Shown: positions 59,497 to 64,000 of the stretch, in pieces
How the letters are laid out: each line of letters opens with the position of its first letter
How positions within the stretch are numbered: position 1 is the stretch's first letter
DNA from: Candidatus Sulfomarinibacteraceae bacterium
GTDB lineage: Bacteria; Acidobacteriota; Thermoanaerobaculia; Thermoanaerobaculales; Sulfomarinibacteraceae
Length of the DNA: 64,000 nucleotides
Assembly (NCBI GenBank): GCA_963796455.1
Contig: CAWCLO010000010.1
Span: forward strand, 608,001-672,000
Direction of reading: 5' to 3'
Notes under the pieces: model-generated
The model's database searches: none
Told to the model about the DNA's origin: nothing
The model's input: only the letters and a program-made list of their open reading frames with translations
Translations under genes and position numbers: made by a program

Positions 59497-62400
59497 CTAC
59501 GGAATATCCGCGCGAGCCGCGCAGCTCTGGATCTTGCCCTTCTCTCTGCCGGTGATCAGACCTTCCTTTTTGTAGAAGTTGGCCAGTGCGGCAACGCCAC
59601 TGACGAAATCTCCATGATTCGTGGCGGAGGCCGCGATCTCGAATACCTGGTCGACGATGGTGCACCCGTCCTCTCCGAGGTGGTTTGGAGCCCCGCTGTC
59701 GCAGCCATCGATCACCACAGTGGAGAAGGGCTCTGAATCGGGGCATGAATCGACCGCATCCGGGATGCCGTCCCCGTCGCCGTCGGGAGGTGGCTCCGTG
59801 GTGCCGCCGACTTCAGCGCTCCACCGGCTCTCCACGGTGTTCTCGTTACGGTGATGGATGTTCTCGGGATCCGTCACCGGATCGGTGACGGTGCGGATCT
59901 TGAACCAATAGGTGGTCTCGGGCTCGAGTCCGTCGATGATGATGGATGAGGCCGTCTTGTCCACCGTGGCCCCGGCGAACTCGAACGAGGTGCCGGTGGA
60001 AGCGAAGACCTCATAGCGTCCCGCATAAGCCTGGTAGGGGATCGGCGTCCATGCAAGCTCGACCGTATCGAAGGTGGCGGAGACGACAGTGAAATCGCTG
60101 GGCGCGACGGTCTGAGTCCCTTCGAAGGGCACCGGATCGGGGTTCAGCACATTGAGAAACGCGTTCGTCTCCGAGTCGTCAATGGGAAGAGCGTTGGATC
60201 CAAACCACAGCCGATGCGAGACATCGATCTCGAGAAGGTCTTGTGGGAGCCCCGTCAGCTTGTTGCCCGCAAGAGTAAGGGCTTTCAACCGTGTGTTGTC
60301 GGAGAAACCTTCAGGAATGTTGCCCTCGAGATGATTCCGGTCAAGCTGAAAGGCCACCAGGTTCTGAAGATCGGCAAGGCACGGAGGGATCTCGCCACGG
60401 AAATGCCGGTATCGGACGATCTGAAAGTAGCCGAATGTCGGGGAGATTGCAAGAGGTCGTCGGGGATCGAGCCGGTGAGATTGTTCATGCCGATATTCAT
60501 CGGCATAGAGATTGGCCAGGTCGCCGATTTCCGGTGGGATCGCACCCATCGCGGTTCGTGTCGTAGAGGTAGAGGGATTAGGTTGGTGAGCTCGCCCACC
60601 CAGTACGGGATGGGGCCGGATCGAGTGGGTTAGTCGGAGGATCCGAGATAGGAGAGGGAGTTTGATGTTCCTCAGCTCATCTGGTATTGGCCCGGTGAGC
60701 TGGTTATTGGCGAGGCTGGCAGAAACTCGAGCACCGGTGGCGTTCCCGAGATCGGGCGGGAATGTTCCCGGAGAGTTGGTTCGTCGAGAAAGAGGTCGAT
60801 CAATTCGAGTTTTGGAAGTGACCCAAGCCCGGTGGGGACGGGTCCGGAGAGCTGATTTCGTCCAAGCAGAAGCAAATAGAGTTCCTTCGAGATTGGAGAA
60901 ATCTCCGAGGGAATCGGCCCGTCGAACATGGTTGTTCGAGAGATCGATTGACCCTCAGCGCTGTTCGATCGGTGAGACCAGCCGGGATCGGCCCGGTGAG
61001 TTGGTTGTTTGCCACGAAAAGAACCCCAGATTTGGAATCTCGCCATAGCATCGGAGGGATCGTGCCTGTCAGGTAATTCAGATCGCAGAAGCAGAAAATC
61101 AAAATCCGGTAGATCGCAGAGGCCTGTTGGGAGCTCGCCGGTGAGGCCTGCCGAGTAGAGTTTGAGATATCGGAGGTTGGTCAGCTCGTCGATCCACTGA
61201 GGGAGACGGACCCTGAGGTTCCGGAAAGTAGGGAAGACCAAGGCTGAAATATTCGAGCTTCGTCTAGATTGCGGTATTCGTCAGGTATGGCTCCGGTGAT
61301 GGGATTGAAGTAGAGATCTAGAGCGACCAACTCCGAGAGATTGCCGATCGACGGAGGTAGAGGCCCGGAAAGTTCGTTGAGAGTGAGCAAGAGGTAGTTG
61401 AGATCGACGAGATTGCCGAGTTCCTCAGGGAGGCTGCCTTGCAAGTTCGAGTACTGCGGCGGAGAAGATCCGCAGCTTCGAGAGATTGGCAATTGCCGGG
61501 GAGATCTCGACCGCCAAAGTTGTGGTTGTAGCCGACCCGCAGATCGACCAATTGCGTCGAGGTACCAGATGTCGTCGGGGAACCCCCCGACGAGATCGTT
61601 TTCCTGGCAGCCAGAGGTTCGTCAGAATTCTGTCAGATCTCCGATCTCGTTGGGAAGCGTGCCAGTGAGGTTGTTTGCCTCGAGATACAACTCTTGACGT
61701 GGCCACCCTCAACCCTGACACCAAACCACGTGTTTTCCGTTCCTTCCGGTCCGAGCCAGCCCGAGTTGTCATGCCAGTTGTCACCGTTGGTGCTGTTATA
61801 TAGCTCGACGAGAGCCTCCCGCTCGTTTTGGGGGAGGATGCCGCCTTCGCAGATATGGCCTATCTGCTGCGGGTTGAAAATGAACTCACCGAGACCTCTT
61901 CCGGCCAGGTTCCCGATATCTGCGCAGTCGGATTCATCGAGCAGATTGCCGTCGATGTATAGGGAGTCGCCGGTGTCAATGTCGGAGTTGCCGACCAGGG
62001 GAGAGATGTCGTCAATGAGACAACCACCCGCAACCAGAGAATCCAGGTTGGTCATCCATTCGACGACCGAAATGTCGTTGATCGGGTTTCCACCGAACTC
62101 CAACTCGTTCAACTGGGGCAGATCGGTGAGGCATGAGATGTCGCTCACGAGATTGCCGTTGAACTCGAGCGCTTCCAGTTGCCCGAGTCCGTTCGTGGGA
62201 CAGATGTCGGAGATTTCGTGGCCGTCGAGAGTCGGCCCGCGCAGGTTGGCCAGGTTTGCCAGCGGCGTGATGTCGGTCACCAGGCCGTCGGTCGGAATGT
62301 AGCGGCCGATGTTGAAGTACTCCACTTTGACGAGGTTCCCGAGAGAGGACACTTCGCCCACCGGGACGTTCACGAGATCGAGGTTGAAGAGCTCGGTCAG

Positions 62401-62706
62401 ACCCGCGATGGGGGTGAGGTCCGTGACACCCCAGCCGGTGAGATCGGCGTCCCAGGCGTTGATGATGGAGATGTTGCTGAGATTGACGAAATCCTGCAAT
62501 CCCCCCAGATCGATGACAGACCCTCCGTCGACCCAGATCGAATCGACTGTGAGGGCTTCGGATGAACTGATCCATCCGTTGCCGTCTGCATCGTAGTTTT
62601 CGAGGACATAACTTCTGATGTCGGGATCCGCGATGAATGTGCCCTGTGCGTGAGCACAGACAGCTCCGGCAATCAATAAAAGCGCAATGACCGTTGCTCT
62701 CCTCAT
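59497..62706 (-). CDS. Large secreted leucine-rich-repeat protein (internalin-type LRRs, GxIP-type LRRs, FN3, shared C-terminal domain) broken by many frameshifts at ~60.4-61.7 kb
   Basis: GGAGGAG RBS; signal peptide MRRATVIALLLIAGAVCAHA; EREALVELYNSTNGDNW cap; LRR fragments NxLxGxIP spread over several frames. May be an intact gene with sequencing errors or a pseudogene. Confidence 0.75.
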
Positions 62707-62804
62707 GTCTCCTCCTCCTGGATGACCCACAAAAAATCCACCCATCGTTTTCGACTTCGATGGCTGCGGTTGACGTGCTGCTCTCCTGTGTCGCCCAGAA
62801 ATTG

Positions 62805-62820
62805 AGCAAAACCCGTGCCA
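62805..62820 (-). promoter_or_regulatory. sigma54 (-24/-12) promoter of the LRR gene
   Basis: TGGCACGGGTTTTGCT matches the consensus TGGCACG-N4-TTGCW, ~100 nt upstream of the ATG at 62706. Confidence 0.85.
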
Positions 62821-63048
62821 CAGGGTTCTCGAGATGAGATCAGGAGATCAAAGCGCCGCAAATCGAGGCCGGCGAAGGTTTTGAAAGAAATGAGGGCTGA
62901 GGCAGGGTCGTCAGGGAGGCGCCAAGTAACTTGGCAGAATTTCTGGCAGTTGTTCACCTCCTTGGCAGCGGGAGGGAAAACGCTTTGCTTCGTTGCACGG
63001 GCGGCCGACCCGAAAACAACCGACCGCTATACTGCTTGCGGAGGCCCC

Positions 63049-64000
63049 ATGTCTTCTCTCGACCATTTTGATCATCCTCTGACCGGGCGCTACGCGTCTC
63101 CTGAAATGCAACGGCTCTTTTCCACCGGCCACCGCTATACGACCTGGCGGCGGATGTGGCTGGCTCTTGCAGAGGCCGAGCGCGAGCTCGGACTCGATAT
63201 TCCCGGTGAGGCCATCGAGCAGATGCGTGCCAATCTGGAATTGACCGAAGACGATCTGGTGCGGGTCAAGGAATACGAGAAACGCACCCGGCACGATGTG
63301 ATGGCCCACCTCGAGGCCTTTGCCGACCGTGCCCCGGCTGCGAAACCGATCCTCCACCTCGGGGCGACCTCGGCCTTTGTCGGTGACAATGCCGAGCTTT
63401 TGATCACCCGCGACGCCCTCGATCTCGTCATGACGCGGGTGCTGTCGGTCATCGATGCCCTGGCGCGTTTTGCTGAAAAATGGGCCGACGAACCAACCCT
63501 CGGGATGACCCATTTCCAGCCGGCTCAGCCCACCACCGTGGGCAAACGGGCCACCTTGTGGTTGCACGAGTATCTGCTCGATCTCGAACGTTTGGGTTTC
63601 GAGCGCGACCGGCTCAAATTGCGCGGCGCCAAGGGCACCACCGGCACCCAGGCCACTTTCCTCGATCTTTTCGATGGCGACCACGCCAAGGTTCGGGAGC
63701 TCGACCGCCTGGTGGCCGAAAAAGTCGGCTTTGGCAGCTGCTACCCGGTGACCGGCCAGACCTACTCGCGCAAGGTCGATGCCTTTGTTGTCGATGGCCT
63801 CTCCGGGGTCGCGCAGTCATCGGCGAAGCTGGCCACCGATATCCGCCTCCTGGCGAGGCTCAAAGAGGTCCGCGAGCCGATGGCCTCTGGACAGGTTGGG
63901 TCTTCGGCCATGCCATACAAGGCCAACCCGATGAGGTCGGAACGCGTCACGGCCCTGGCTCGGTGGTTGATGAACATGGCCGCCAACCCTGCCCAGACGG
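63049..64000 (+). CDS. purB: Adenylosuccinate lyase (3' partial)
   Basis: Hand-translated, absent from ORF track: MSSLDHFDHPLTGRYASPEM, TRHDVMAH, HLGATS, THFQPAQPTT, SSAMPYKANP. Confidence 0.95.
   Translation, partial: MSSLDHFDHPLTGRYASPEMQRLFSTGHRYTTWRRMWLALAEAERELGLDIPGEAIEQMRANLELTEDDLVRVKEYEKRTRHDVMAHLEAFADRAPAAKPILHLGATSAFVGDNAELLITRDALDLVMTRVLSVIDALARFAEKWADEPTLGMTHFQPAQPTTVGKRATLWLHEYLLDLERLGFERDRLKLRGAKGTTGTQATFLDLFDGDHAKVRELDRLVAEKVGFGSCYPVTGQTYSRKVDAFVVDGLSGVAQSSAKLATDIRLLARLKEVREPMASGQVGSSAMPYKANPMRSERVTALARWLMNMAANPAQT

Noticed and set aside
58415..59787. Diversity-generating retroelement (TR/VR pair), suggested by the duplicated 3' ends and an Avd-like four-helix protein
   Set aside because: Differences are not adenine-specific and fall largely at third codon positions; both copies are coding; no reverse transcriptase in the window.
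62911..63986. Minus-strand ORFs at the right end
   Set aside because: Antisense to purB.

Overview
GC-rich bacterial chromosome segment, mostly housekeeping genes. Gene content suggests a diderm, possibly Acidobacteriota/Thermoanaerobaculia-like; this is inference. Recognisable genes: mltG, ruvX, lptD, four tRNAs, gltX-glnS, gap-pgk-tpiA-secG, dnaX-recR-mglBA, tkt-tal-glmS, pcrA/uvrD, hslVU, dapF, mpl-pgpA, tsaD-lepB, pyrF, an isocitrate/isopropylmalate dehydrogenase-family gene with citD-citE(fused)-citF, rpmE-prfA-prmC, arcC, waaA-lpxK-lipid A acyltransferase, arcA and purB. Two real genes run off the window ends and are missing from the ORF track: a pseudokinase-TM-TonB fusion (<1..1886, minus) and purB (63049..>64000). 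The most unusual signal is a ~860-bp cassette (34118-34977) with no transposase. It encodes a four-helix-bundle (23S rRNA IVP-like) protein inside nested inverted repeats, one of which pairs with the gene's RBS and start codon. An internally deleted second copy lies beside tRNA-Glu (13478-13918), and several intergenic spacers hold gene-less inverted 7/8-mer arrays. Also notable are a PTS-IIA/PII-like/double cation:proton antiporter operon and a sigma54-driven pair of secreted-protein genes sharing a C-terminal domain. The latter region (57.4-61.7 kb) carries many single-base frameshifts that are probably sequencing errors.
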